Assembly: GCA_039715185.1 (NCBI GenBank)
Contig: JBDLIA010000004.1
Coordinates: forward strand, 4,503-68,502
Origin: Gemmatimonadota bacterium
GTDB lineage: Bacteria; Gemmatimonadota; Gemmatimonadetes; Longimicrobiales; RSA9
DNA: 64,000 nucleotides
Direction: 5' to 3'
The position numbers and the translations under genes are program-made. How positions within the stretch are numbered: the stretch's first letter is position 1; each line of letters starts with the position of its first letter. Positions 40,469-49,804 of this stretch are shown here, one piece after another. Under the pieces are notes generated by a model. It had not been told where the DNA came from, did no database searches, and saw only the letters and a program-made list of their open reading frames with translations.

Positions 40469-41443
40469 ATGAGGATTCTTTCCGACACGAGGTACGATTT
40501 CCTGGGCCTGCGCCGTCGCACCTACGTCTTCAGCGCGGTGGTCGTCGGCATCGGCGTGGTGGCGCTGGCGGTCTTCGGGCTGAACTACGGCGTCGATTTC
40601 ACCGGCGGCACGCTCGTCCAGCTACAGTTCCAGCAGTCCACCGACGCCGGCGCTGTGCGCGCGGCGCTGGGTGACCTGGGCGCGGACGCCGATATCAGCC
40701 AGTACGGATCGGACGCCGAGTTCCTGGTGCGTATGCCGAGCTTCGAGCAAGCCGGCCAGAACGTGACCGAGCGGCTGGATGGCTTGATGGACGCCGCCTA
40801 CGGCGCGGACGTGGGCAGCGTGGTGCGCGTGGAGGCCGTCGGCCCGAAGGTGGGGAGCGAGCTCCAGCTCAGGGCGCTACTCGCCATACTTCTCTCGTTC
40901 GTGGTGACGCTGGTCTACCTGGCGTTTCGATTCGAGATGCGCTTCGGCGTCGCCGCGGTGGTCGCCACCGTGCACGACATCCTGGTAACGCTGGGCCTGC
41001 TGGCGCTTCTGCGCATGGAGGTTTCGCTCGCCACCGTGGCGGCGGTGCTGACCATCATCGGGTACTCCCTGAACGACACCATCATCGTGTTCGATCGCAT
41101 CCGGGAGAACTTCGGCAAGGGCGGGCGCCGGGCCGACTACAAGGCGCTCGTGAACCGTTCCATCAACGAGGTGCTCCCGCGCACCGTGATTACCTCGGGC
41201 ACGACGCTCGTCGCGCTCCTGTCGCTGGCCATGCTCGGCGGGGAGATCATCCGCCCGTTCGCGCTGATCCTGATCCTGGGGGTCATCGTGGGCACGTACT
41301 CGTCGATCTTCGTGGCGTCGCCGGCGCTGCTCGAGATCGAGGATCGGTGGAAGCGCAAGCAGGGTGGGGTGGCCGGATCCGATTCGCGCAACGCGAAATC
41401 CCCCGCAACGCCCCCCGCGGCGGCGCGGAGTCAGGCGAGCTGA
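40469..41443 (+). CDS. secF: protein translocase subunit SecF
   Basis: 324 aa with the phrases YDFLGLRRRTYVFSAVVV, GVDFTGGT and GYSLNDTIIVFDRIREN. Confidence 0.95.
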   Translation: MRILSDTRYDFLGLRRRTYVFSAVVVGIGVVALAVFGLNYGVDFTGGTLVQLQFQQSTDAGAVRAALGDLGADADISQYGSDAEFLVRMPSFEQAGQNVTERLDGLMDAAYGADVGSVVRVEAVGPKVGSELQLRALLAILLSFVVTLVYLAFRFEMRFGVAAVVATVHDILVTLGLLALLRMEVSLATVAAVLTIIGYSLNDTIIVFDRIRENFGKGGRRADYKALVNRSINEVLPRTVITSGTTLVALLSLAMLGGEIIRPFALILILGVIVGTYSSIFVASPALLEIEDRWKRKQGGVAGSDSRNAKSPATPPAAARSQAS

Positions 41444-42219
41444 CCGGCCCACCGAGCTTTTTCGACTCGCACTGTCACCTCACCGAGGAGCGCCTGCGGG
41501 TCGACGTCGACGAGATCCTCGAGCGCGCCCGCGCCGCATCGGTCACGCGGGTGGTCTCGATCGCCAGCGACGCGCGGGACGCGACCCGAGCGCTCGACCT
41601 CGCCCGCTCCCACCCTGGGGTGTTCTGCACCGCCGGCATCCACCCGCACGTGGCCGATGAGGCGAGCGAGGAAGCGCTTGGTCGCGTGGCCGCCCTGCTG
41701 GACGAAGCGGAGGTCGTGGCGGTCGGCGAGACGGGCCTCGACTACCACTACGACAACGCGCCCAGGGCGGCGCAACGGCGCGCCTTCGAAGCGCACATGA
41801 AGCTGGCGGGCGACGCCTCGCTGCCGGCGGTGGTGCACTGTCGCAGCGCCGACGCTGACACCGCCGCAGTGATCCGCGACTTCGCCCCCGATGTGCGCGG
41901 CGTCTTGCACTGCTTCGCGGGCGAGGCGCCCCTGCTGGAGGCCGGCCTGGAGGCGGGCTGGTGGGTGTCTTTTTCGGGGCTCGTCACGTTCCCGAACTTC
42001 CCTCCTCGGGACCTGCTCTCGGCCGTTCCGGGCGACCGACTCCTCATCGAGACCGACAGCCCGTACCTTGCTCCGGTCCCTCACCGGGGCAAACGCAACG
42101 AACCGGCGTACGTGGTCGAGGTCGCCAGGGCGGTCGCTGCCGAACTCGGGGTGGACGTCGATGCGGTGGCGCGCCAGACCACCCGGAACGCGTGCGAGTT
42201 CTACGGCCTGAGCGCCTGA
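41347..42219 (+). CDS. tatD: TatD-family metal-dependent hydrolase/DNase
   Basis: Motifs are FDSHCHL, GETGLDYHY, VVHCRSA and ETDSPYLAPVPHRGKRNEP. The start is unresolved. GTG 41347 overlaps secF by 97 nt. An in-frame CTG at 41440 forms a CTGA overlap with the secF stop and would give a normal-length N-terminus. Confidence 0.8.
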   Translation: MEAQAGWGGRIRFAQREIPRNAPRGGAESGELTGPPSFFDSHCHLTEERLRVDVDEILERARAASVTRVVSIASDARDATRALDLARSHPGVFCTAGIHPHVADEASEEALGRVAALLDEAEVVAVGETGLDYHYDNAPRAAQRRAFEAHMKLAGDASLPAVVHCRSADADTAAVIRDFAPDVRGVLHCFAGEAPLLEAGLEAGWWVSFSGLVTFPNFPPRDLLSAVPGDRLLIETDSPYLAPVPHRGKRNEPAYVVEVARAVAAELGVDVDAVARQTTRNACEFYGLSA

Positions 42220-42240
42220 CGCGAAAGAAAAGGGGGTTGT

Positions 42241-42915
42241 ATGCGGACGATCGCCGCGCTCTTCGCGCGCTCGCCGTTCGGGCCGCTGCTCGAGCACACC
42301 GAGCGGGTGCACCAGACAGTCGAGCTCGTGCCCGAGCTGTTCGAGGCCTTCACCGCTTCCGATTGGAGCCGGGTACAGGAGGTGTACGAGAGGATCTCCC
42401 GGCTGGAGCACAAAGCCGATGAGGTGAAGAACGACATCCGGGACCACCTGCCGAGCTCCCTGTTCATGCCGGTGGACCGCGGGGACTTGCTCCTCTTCCT
42501 GAAGGAGCAGGACGCGATCGCGGACAGGGCCGAGGACCTGGCGGTGCTTCTGACGATGCGACAAACGCCCACGCCCGACGGCCTGCGGGAGCCCCTGGCG
42601 GCGTTCGTCGACCAGGTCGTGCGCACGAGCGAACTGTGGTACGAGACCGCGAGCGCGCTGCCCACGCTGCAGGAGGCGTCGTTCGCCGGCCCCGAGGTGG
42701 ACAAGACGCTGGAGCGGATCAAGCGCATCTCCGACTACGAGTGGGAGGCCGACAAGCGTCAGGCCGAGACGACCCGCGCGGTGCTGGCGCGGGAAGAAGA
42801 GCTCGGGGCCGTCTCGGTGATCTTCTGGATGCGCATCCTGGCTACCCTGGGGGACATCGCCAACCGGGCCGAGAACACCGCCGACCGGCTGCGCCTCATG
42901 CTGGCGCGGCGCTAG
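42241..42915 (+). CDS. DUF47/TIGR00153-family (PhoU-like) protein paired with the Pit transporter
   Basis: 224 aa. It is a helical PhoU-like protein (HTERVHQTVELVPELFEAF...LEHKADEVKNDIRDHL) immediately upstream of pit, which is the usual pairing. Confidence 0.85.
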   Translation: MRTIAALFARSPFGPLLEHTERVHQTVELVPELFEAFTASDWSRVQEVYERISRLEHKADEVKNDIRDHLPSSLFMPVDRGDLLLFLKEQDAIADRAEDLAVLLTMRQTPTPDGLREPLAAFVDQVVRTSELWYETASALPTLQEASFAGPEVDKTLERIKRISDYEWEADKRQAETTRAVLAREEELGAVSVIFWMRILATLGDIANRAENTADRLRLMLARR

Positions 42916-42918
42916 GCG

Positions 42919-44184
42919 ATGGATCTCGGCAGCGGGCTTCTGGTCGTCACGCTGATCGGCGGCGCTTACATGGCGTGGAACATCGGCGCCAACGACGTCG
43001 CCAACGCGATGGGTACGTCGGTGGGGTCGGGAGCGCTGACGCTGAAGAAAGCGATCATCCTCGCCGCGATCTTCGAGTTCCTCGGCGCCTTGCTCGTCGG
43101 CTCGCACGTCACCGATACGATCCGCAAGGGCATCGTCGAGGTATCGCTCTTCGCTCCCACCGGCCCGGCGGGCGCCGACGGCCCCCTCCTGCTCGCGCTC
43201 GGCATGCTCGCGGCGCTCATATCGGCGGGCGCCTGGCTGCACGTGGCCACCCACCTGGCGCTGCCGGTGTCGACCACCCACTCCATCGTCGGGGCAGTGG
43301 TGGGCATCGGCGTCGCCACGTTCGGCCTCGCCGGGGTCGACTGGGGGACGATGCTCGAGATCGTCCTGAGCTGGTTCGCGTCTCCGGTGCTGGGGGCGTT
43401 GCTCGGGTTCCTGACGTTCGTCTTCATCCGCCGACGCATCCTCCAGAGCGAGGATCCCGCGGGGGCGTCCAGGAAGATCGGCCCGTACCTGGTGGGCCTG
43501 GTAGTCACGATCATCTTCCTGTCCTTCATCTACAAGGCGCTCAAGAACGTCATCGAGGCGCCTCCGTTCGCACTCGCGGTGGGCGTCTCGCTCGCGCTGG
43601 GGGCGGTCGCGACCCTGGCGTCGCGGCCGCTCATCAAGCGCGCGGACGCCCACCCGGGCGGACCGTACGAGCACGTCGAGAGGATGTTCGCCGTGCTGCA
43701 GGTCGCGACCGCGATCTTCGTGGCGTTCGCGCATGGTGCCAACGACGTCGCCAACGCGGTCGGCCCGCTCGCGTCCGTGGTGACGCTGGCGCGCACGGGG
43801 TTCCAGGAGATCGCCACGACGGTGCCCGTGCCGCTCTGGGTGCTGTTGCTCGGCGGCGTCGGCATCGTGTTGGGGTTGGCCACCCTCGGGTATCGCGTGA
43901 TCGAGACGGTGGGCCGGCAGATAACCGAGATGACCCCCACTCGAGGCTTCTGCGCCGAGTTCGGGGCGGCCGCGACGGTGCTCATCGCGAGCCGCATGGG
44001 CATCCCGGTGTCGACGACTCACACGCTCGTCGGTGGCGTGATCGGGGTGGGGCTGGCGCAGGGCATGGCGGCGCTCAATATGCGCGTGGTGCGCAACATC
44101 ATCGCGTCCTGGCTGGCGACCGTACCCATCGCGGCGGCGTTCAGCATGACCATCTATTTCGTGCTCCGCGCGATCGTCTTCTAG
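42919..44184 (+). CDS. pit: inorganic phosphate transporter, PiT family
   Basis: 421 aa with the duplicated PiT signatures NIGANDVANAMGTSVGSGAL and AHGANDVANAVGPLA. Confidence 0.95.
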   Translation: MDLGSGLLVVTLIGGAYMAWNIGANDVANAMGTSVGSGALTLKKAIILAAIFEFLGALLVGSHVTDTIRKGIVEVSLFAPTGPAGADGPLLLALGMLAALISAGAWLHVATHLALPVSTTHSIVGAVVGIGVATFGLAGVDWGTMLEIVLSWFASPVLGALLGFLTFVFIRRRILQSEDPAGASRKIGPYLVGLVVTIIFLSFIYKALKNVIEAPPFALAVGVSLALGAVATLASRPLIKRADAHPGGPYEHVERMFAVLQVATAIFVAFAHGANDVANAVGPLASVVTLARTGFQEIATTVPVPLWVLLLGGVGIVLGLATLGYRVIETVGRQITEMTPTRGFCAEFGAAATVLIASRMGIPVSTTHTLVGGVIGVGLAQGMAALNMRVVRNIIASWLATVPIAAAFSMTIYFVLRAIVF

Positions 44185-44191
44185 GGGACCG

Positions 44192-46039
44192 ATGCGCCCG
44201 CTCGCCGTAACCCGCCGCATCCGCCTGCTGCCCGACGAAGTGGTCAACCAGATCGCCGCCGGGGAGGTGGTAGAGCGGCCGGCGTCGGTGGTGAAGGAGT
44301 TGGTGGAGAACGCACTGGACGCCGCGGCCACGCGCATCGAGATCGAGATCCGCAACGGCGGCAAGACCGACATCCGCGTGGCCGACGACGGCGTGGGCAT
44401 GAACCGCGAGGACGCCAGCGTGGCGTTGGACCGCCACGCGACGAGCAAGATCACGGCCGCCGACGAGCTGGCCGGGGTCCTCACCTTCGGCTTCCGCGGG
44501 GAGGCGCTGCCGTCCATAGCCAGCGTGTCCCGGTTCGCGCTGGAGACGGCGGAAGCCGGCGGCGTCGGTACGCGCCTGCGCGCCGAGGCGGGCCGGCTGG
44601 TGGCGATCGAACCGTGCGCCCGCCAGCCGGGCACGACGGTGCGGGTCTCCGCGCTGTTCGGGAACCTGCCCGCGCGCGCTGCCTTTCTGCGCTCGGCGGC
44701 CGCGGAGGCGCGCGCCACCTCGGCGACCGTGACGACCCTCTCGCTGTCCAACCTGTCGTGCGCGTTTCGGCTCGTGTCGAACGGCCGCGAGCTCCTGGAT
44801 CTGCCGGCGGCGGCAGTGCTGGGCGAGCGCGTGATCCAGCTCTGGGGGTCGGACGCCGCGGAGACGCTCGTAAGCGCGGAAGCCGAGGGCGACGGCGTGC
44901 GTGTATTCGGACTGGTGGAGCGGCCGGACGCGGCGGCGCGCGCGGCCGGCAGGCGGGTGCACCTCTTCGTGGGTGGTCGGCCTTTCCGGGACCCGGGCAT
45001 CACCGCGGCCGCCGAGCGCGCGTACCGCACGACCGTGCCCGAAGGCGAGCGCGCCCGACCGACCCTGCTCCTCTACCTGGAGGTGGAGCCCGGCCGCGTC
45101 GACGTGAACGTCCACCCCACCAAGGCCGAGGTCCGCTTTCGCGCGCGGGCGGACGTCGAGGCCGCCGTCGAGCGGGCCGTGCGCGGCGCCCTGGCCGGAC
45201 TCGACAGCGCGGCGGCGCTGGGCTCGGCGCCACCGGGCCGCCTGCGCTGGACCCCCTCGCTGAAAGACGCCGAGGCGGCGACGCCCGAGGCGCGCCGAAC
45301 CCCTCCCGAAGAGGACGCGCCGCTGAACCAGCTCGGCTTCCTGGGGACGGCAACATCGACGGAGCCAGTGAGGGACGCTGAGGCGGCGGACGAGCGCTCG
45401 CCGGAGCGAGCCCCCCCGCCCGCCGCTGCGTCCGCGCAGCGCACCGCGGCCGGCGGGGCGCCGTACCGGACCGGACTGTGGCAGCTCAACGAGACCTACA
45501 TCGTCGCCCAGACGAGGGGTGGCCTGCTGCTGGTCGATCAGCACTCGGCGCACGAGCGCGTGCTGTTCGAGGCGACCATGCGACGGATGAGCGAGGGCGG
45601 GGCCGAGGTGCAGACGCTGCTCTTTCCGCTGACGCTGCGGCTCGCCCCCGCCGAGTACGACGCGGTCGAGCAGTCGGCGTCGATCTTCGCGCAGGCGGGC
45701 TTCGAGGTGCAGCCGTTCGGGGGTCGCACGGTGCTTGTCAGCGGGGTGCCCGCGGCGCACCCGCGTTTTGACGCCGAGCGCTGCCTTCGGGACATGATCG
45801 CCGAGCTGGCGGAAGGCAGCTCGCTCACCCGCGCCGCGCGCAACCAGCACGAGCGCATCGCGATGACGTTCGCCTGCAAGGGAGCGATCAAGGCGGGCGA
45901 GCGCCTGGATTCGAGCGAAATGGAAGAACTCTTCGACCGACTGTTCGCCACCGAGCTGCCCGCGCACGATGTGCACGGCCGCCCCACCATCGTTCGCATC
46001 TCCATGGAGGAGCTGGCGCGCCGTTTCGGCCGCGCTTGA
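44192..46039 (+). CDS. mutL: DNA mismatch repair protein MutL (endonuclease-type)
   Basis: 615 aa. It has the GHKL ATPase N-terminus IRLLPDEVVNQIAAGEVVERPASVVKELVENALDA and the C-terminal DQHSAHERVLFE endonuclease motif. Confidence 0.95.
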   Translation: MRPLAVTRRIRLLPDEVVNQIAAGEVVERPASVVKELVENALDAAATRIEIEIRNGGKTDIRVADDGVGMNREDASVALDRHATSKITAADELAGVLTFGFRGEALPSIASVSRFALETAEAGGVGTRLRAEAGRLVAIEPCARQPGTTVRVSALFGNLPARAAFLRSAAAEARATSATVTTLSLSNLSCAFRLVSNGRELLDLPAAAVLGERVIQLWGSDAAETLVSAEAEGDGVRVFGLVERPDAAARAAGRRVHLFVGGRPFRDPGITAAAERAYRTTVPEGERARPTLLLYLEVEPGRVDVNVHPTKAEVRFRARADVEAAVERAVRGALAGLDSAAALGSAPPGRLRWTPSLKDAEAATPEARRTPPEEDAPLNQLGFLGTATSTEPVRDAEAADERSPERAPPPAAASAQRTAAGGAPYRTGLWQLNETYIVAQTRGGLLLVDQHSAHERVLFEATMRRMSEGGAEVQTLLFPLTLRLAPAEYDAVEQSASIFAQAGFEVQPFGGRTVLVSGVPAAHPRFDAERCLRDMIAELAEGSSLTRAARNQHERIAMTFACKGAIKAGERLDSSEMEELFDRLFATELPAHDVHGRPTIVRISMEELARRFGRA

Positions 46040-46058
46040 GGAGACCTTGCCGGTCCCT

Positions 46059-47000
46059 GTGACCCCGCACGGCCTGGCGATCGTCGGCCCCACCGCCGTC
46101 GGCAAGTCGGACCTGGCGTTGGAGCTCGCCGGGCGACTCGGCTGCGAGATCGTTTCGGTGGACAGTCGCCAGGTCTACAGGGGCTTCGACATCGGCACGG
46201 CCAAGGCGAGCCTGGCCGAGCGCGCCCTCGTGCCGCACCACGGCATCGACCTGGTCGAGCCGGAGGAGCGCTACAGCGCGGGCCGTTTCGGGCGCGACGC
46301 GGCGCGCTGGATCGCCCAGATTCGTGACCGGGAGCGGGTACCGTTGCTGGTCGGCGGTACCGGCTTCTTCCTGCGCGCGCTCACCCACCCGCTGTTCGCA
46401 GAGCCGCCGCTCCCGTCCGGCCCGCGTGACGCGCTGCGGTCCTACCTGGAACAGTTGTCCGGCGAGCAGCGGTCGCGCTGGCTCTACGCGCTGGACCCGG
46501 AGTCGGCGAGGCGCCTGGCGCGGGGCGGCGGGCGGCAGCGCGAGTTGCGCGCCCTGGAAGTCGCGCTGCTCAGCGGGCAGCCCCTGAGCCACTGGCACGC
46601 GGCCGGGACCGCGCGGGCCGCGGTGCCTCTCCTGGTCGTGGTCCTGGACCTCCCCACCGAGATCCTGGCGGATCGTATCGGGCGGCGCGTAGAGCGCATG
46701 CTGGCGGCGGGCCTACTGGAGGAGATCCGGGGCCTGGCCGAGCGGCACGGCACCGACGTGCCTGCTTTCGGGACCACCGGATACGCGGAGTTCGTTCCGT
46801 GGCTGCGCGGTGGGGAAGCGGTGGCGGACGCGGCCGCCAGGCTCGCCGCCAATACCAGGCGTCTGGCGCGCAGGCAGCGCACGTGGTTCCGACACCAGGT
46901 GGCGGCGTCCGCGCTGAGGCTGGACGCGTCGTCCGGCCCGTCCGCTCTGACCGACGCGGTCCTGTCCCGTTGGGCCCGGGCCACCGAGGGGGTTCCCTGA
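46059..47000 (+). CDS. miaA: tRNA dimethylallyltransferase
   Basis: The P-loop is LAIVGPTAVGKS, with SVDSRQVYRGFDIGTAK and LVGGTGFFLRAL. The start is ambiguous between GTG 46059, TTG 46047 and ATG 45969. Confidence 0.85.
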   Translation: MTPHGLAIVGPTAVGKSDLALELAGRLGCEIVSVDSRQVYRGFDIGTAKASLAERALVPHHGIDLVEPEERYSAGRFGRDAARWIAQIRDRERVPLLVGGTGFFLRALTHPLFAEPPLPSGPRDALRSYLEQLSGEQRSRWLYALDPESARRLARGGGRQRELRALEVALLSGQPLSHWHAAGTARAAVPLLVVVLDLPTEILADRIGRRVERMLAAGLLEEIRGLAERHGTDVPAFGTTGYAEFVPWLRGGEAVADAAARLAANTRRLARRQRTWFRHQVAASALRLDASSGPSALTDAVLSRWARATEGVP

Positions 47001-47064
47001 ACGTGGGCGCGCGTCGATCTTCCGGCCGGTCCGGGTTGGCCGGGCCGCCGAACGGGGCTGCTGA

Positions 47065-48189
47065 ATGCGCATAGGCATTACGGGATATCCGGTGTACGGG
47101 GGGTCGGGCGTCGTGGCCACGGAGCTGGGGCTCGAACTGGCCAGCAGGGGACACGAGGTCCACTTCATCACGTACGCGCCGCCGTTCCGCATGCCGCGCT
47201 TCGTGGAGGGGGTGTTCTACCACGAGGTGGAGGTGCCCTCCTATCCGTTGTTCGAGTATCCGCCGTACTCGCTCGCGCTGTCGGTCGCCATGCAGGACGT
47301 GTCTACCAAGCACGACCTGGACGTCCTGCACGTGCACTACGCGGTCCCGCACGCCACCTCGGCGCTGCTGGCCAAGCAGATGCTCGGCGAGGCCGCGCCC
47401 AAGGTGGTGACAACGCTGCACGGCACGGACATCACGCTGGTGGGACACGACCCCTCGTACCGCACGGTCACGCGCTACTCGATTCGCAGCTCGGACGCCA
47501 TCACCGCCGTGTCCGAGTACCTGCGCGCGGAGACGGTGGATCGCTTCGACGTGCCCCAGGACTGCATCGACGTGATCCCGAACTTCGTCGACCCCGACAT
47601 CTACAAACGCGATGCGCGGCCTTGTCACCGGGCGACCTTCGCGCAGTCGGATGACGAGCGCCTGATCGTGCACGTGTCCAACTTCCGCCCCGTGAAAAGG
47701 GTGGAAGACGTGGTGCGCGCCTTCTGCCTCATGGCGGAGGAAGCGGAGGTACGTCTGCTGCTGGTCGGCGACGGTCCCGAACGGGGCAAGGCGCAGCGGA
47801 TCGCCGAGGAGGAAGGCATCGACCACCGCGTGGTGTTCCTCGGCAAGCAGCAGTCGGTCGTGGAGATCCTGTCCTGCGCGGACCTCTTCCTGCTGCCCAG
47901 CGAAACCGAGGCCTTCGGGTTGGTGGCGTTGGAGGCCATGTCCTGCGGCGTCCCGGTCGTGGCGTCCGACGTGGGCGGGTTGCCGGAGGTCGTGCGCCAG
48001 CCGGACTCGGGCCTCCTGGTGCCGGTCGGTGACGTGGACGCGATGGCGGCGGCCGCGCTGTCCTTCATCTCGGACAAGGCGACCTGGGCGGCCGCCAGCG
48101 CGGCCGCGCGAGACGCGGCGATGGCGTTCGCGGCCGACGTGGTCGTGCCCCGCTACGAAGCTCTGTACGAGCGGGTGCTGGCCGGGTGA
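47065..48189 (+). CDS. bshA: GT4 glycosyltransferase, N-acetyl-alpha-D-glucosaminyl L-malate synthase-like
   Basis: 374 aa. MRIGITGYPVYGGSGVVATELGLELASRGHEVHFIT, TTLHGTDIT, VSNFRPVKR and EAFGLVALEAMSCGVPVVASDVGGLPEVV closely follow the BshA pattern as I recall it from Bacillus. Confidence 0.8.
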   Translation: MRIGITGYPVYGGSGVVATELGLELASRGHEVHFITYAPPFRMPRFVEGVFYHEVEVPSYPLFEYPPYSLALSVAMQDVSTKHDLDVLHVHYAVPHATSALLAKQMLGEAAPKVVTTLHGTDITLVGHDPSYRTVTRYSIRSSDAITAVSEYLRAETVDRFDVPQDCIDVIPNFVDPDIYKRDARPCHRATFAQSDDERLIVHVSNFRPVKRVEDVVRAFCLMAEEAEVRLLLVGDGPERGKAQRIAEEEGIDHRVVFLGKQQSVVEILSCADLFLLPSETEAFGLVALEAMSCGVPVVASDVGGLPEVVRQPDSGLLVPVGDVDAMAAAALSFISDKATWAAASAAARDAAMAFAADVVVPRYEALYERVLAG

Positions 48190-48968
48190 ACGCGCTCGAG
48201 GCCGCGCTCCTCGGGTTGGTGCAGGGCCTCTCGGAGTTCCTCCCGATATCGAGCTCGGGGCACCTCGTGATGGCGCAGTGGTTTCTGGGGGTTCCGGCCC
48301 CGGGCGTAGTCGTCGAGGTCGTGCTGCATGTGGCCACCCTGCTGTCGGTCGCCGTCGTGTACCGACGGCGCCTGGCGGACCTGGCCGCGGGGCTGGCGCG
48401 GCGCGAGCCCGAGGCGTGGCGTTACGCGGGGCTGCTCGCGCTCGCTTCCGTGCCCGCCGCGGTCGTGGGGCTGGGCTTCGAGGACGCGCTGGAGCGCGCC
48501 TTCGACGCGCCCGCCATCACCGGCGCGATGCTCCTCGTGACCGGCGCCGTGCTCTGGTCCACGGCCGCCAGGTCCGGCGGCGATTCGCCCATCGACGCTA
48601 GCCGCGCTCTGGCCATGGGCGTGGCGCAGGCGTTCGCCATCCTGCCGGGGATCTCCCGATCCGGAACGACCATCGCCGCAGGCCTCTGGGGTCGCGTCGA
48701 CGCGGAGCGCGCGGCGGAGTTCTCGTTCCTCATGTCCATGCCCGCCGTGGCCGGGGCCGCGCTGCTGAAGACGCCGGAGATCGGCCGTTCGGTCGGCGGC
48801 GCGCAGGGCCTGGCGCTCGGGGCCGGCTTCGTCGTGGCGCTCGTGTCGGGGGTGGTCGCCATCCGCTCTCTCCTCTGGCTCGTGCGGCGCCGCGCTTTTC
48901 ACACGTTCGCCTACTACGTGTGGCCGGCGGGCCTGCTGTTCCTGCTGGCGCTATGGGTTCGCGGATAG
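48186..48968 (+). CDS. uppP: undecaprenyl-diphosphate phosphatase
   Basis: 260 aa with the BacA motifs GLSEFLPISSSGHL and PGISRSGTTI. Confidence 0.95.
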   Translation: MNALEAALLGLVQGLSEFLPISSSGHLVMAQWFLGVPAPGVVVEVVLHVATLLSVAVVYRRRLADLAAGLARREPEAWRYAGLLALASVPAAVVGLGFEDALERAFDAPAITGAMLLVTGAVLWSTAARSGGDSPIDASRALAMGVAQAFAILPGISRSGTTIAAGLWGRVDAERAAEFSFLMSMPAVAGAALLKTPEIGRSVGGAQGLALGAGFVVALVSGVVAIRSLLWLVRRRAFHTFAYYVWPAGLLFLLALWVRG

Positions 48969-49804
48969 CCGCCGACGGGCGCTGGGAGGGCCGCACGGGG
49001 GCCGAGTGGCGCCGCGTGCTCGGCGCGCCCGCGGTGCGCGCGCGCGGCGTCGTGGGTTCGACCAACGACGAGGCGCGCGCGTGGGCGGGCCAGGGGGCAC
49101 CCGCCGGGGCGCTCGTCATCGCCGACGCGCAGACCGACGGGCGCGGCCGGTCCGGGGACAAGTGGTGGTCGCCGCCGGGGCTCTCGCTCTACCTTTCGGC
49201 GGTGCTGCGGCCGGCGCGGGTACCCGGAGCGGGAGCGGCGGTCGGCGTGGTCTCCTTGCGCGTCGGCCTCGCGCTCGCCGCGGCGCTCGAGGACGCGTTC
49301 TCTCTGGACACCCGCATCAAGTGGCCCAACGATCTGCTGGGTCCCGGTGGAGGCAAGCTCGCGGGCGTTTTGTGCGAGGCCGCATTCAAGGCGGACCAAC
49401 TGGAGTACGTGATCGCCGGAGTCGGCGTGAACGTCGGGCACGACGTAGCCTCTCTGCCCGAGGAGATCAGGGAGACGGCCACGTCGGTCGCCCACGAGAC
49501 GGGCGGCGCGGCGTTGCGTCCAGCGCTGCTCACGGCGCTGGCGCCGAGGCTGGCCGGACTGGCGACCGCGCCGCTCGAGCCGCTTTCTCCCGAAGAATTG
49601 CTCGCGCTCGACGCGCGCGACGCGCTCAAGGGTCGCGCGGTACGGGTGGATGGCGGACCAGAGCTGGTCGCTCTGGGCATGGATCGCGGCGGCGCGCTGC
49701 GGGTCGCGCACCCGTCGGGGGCCATCACCCTCGTCCAGGCCGGCAGGGTCCGGCCGGTGCAGACACGCGTCGGCGGCGGCGCGCACACCCGGAGGCTGGA
49801 ATGA
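48953..49804 (+). CDS. birA: biotin--[acetyl-CoA-carboxylase] ligase
   Basis: ATG 48953. It has GSTNDEA, QTDGRGRSGDKWWSPPG (the GRGRxGRxW motif) and IKWPNDLL. There is no N-terminal HTH, so it looks like a group I ligase. Confidence 0.8.
   Translation: MGSRIAADGRWEGRTGAEWRRVLGAPAVRARGVVGSTNDEARAWAGQGAPAGALVIADAQTDGRGRSGDKWWSPPGLSLYLSAVLRPARVPGAGAAVGVVSLRVGLALAAALEDAFSLDTRIKWPNDLLGPGGGKLAGVLCEAAFKADQLEYVIAGVGVNVGHDVASLPEEIRETATSVAHETGGAALRPALLTALAPRLAGLATAPLEPLSPEELLALDARDALKGRAVRVDGGPELVALGMDRGGALRVAHPSGAITLVQAGRVRPVQTRVGGGAHTRRLE

Noticed and set aside
41431-45030. A 1199-aa ORF on the - strand spanning tatD, the DUF47 gene, pit and part of mutL
   Set aside because: It is antisense to four independently recognisable + strand genes. 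Its translation is Arg/Gly/Pro/His/Asp-rich low complexity with no motifs. Long stop-free antisense frames are expected at about 70% GC.
44141-46105. A 654-aa - strand ORF antisense to mutL
   Set aside because: High-GC antisense artefact; the mutL motifs are on the + strand.
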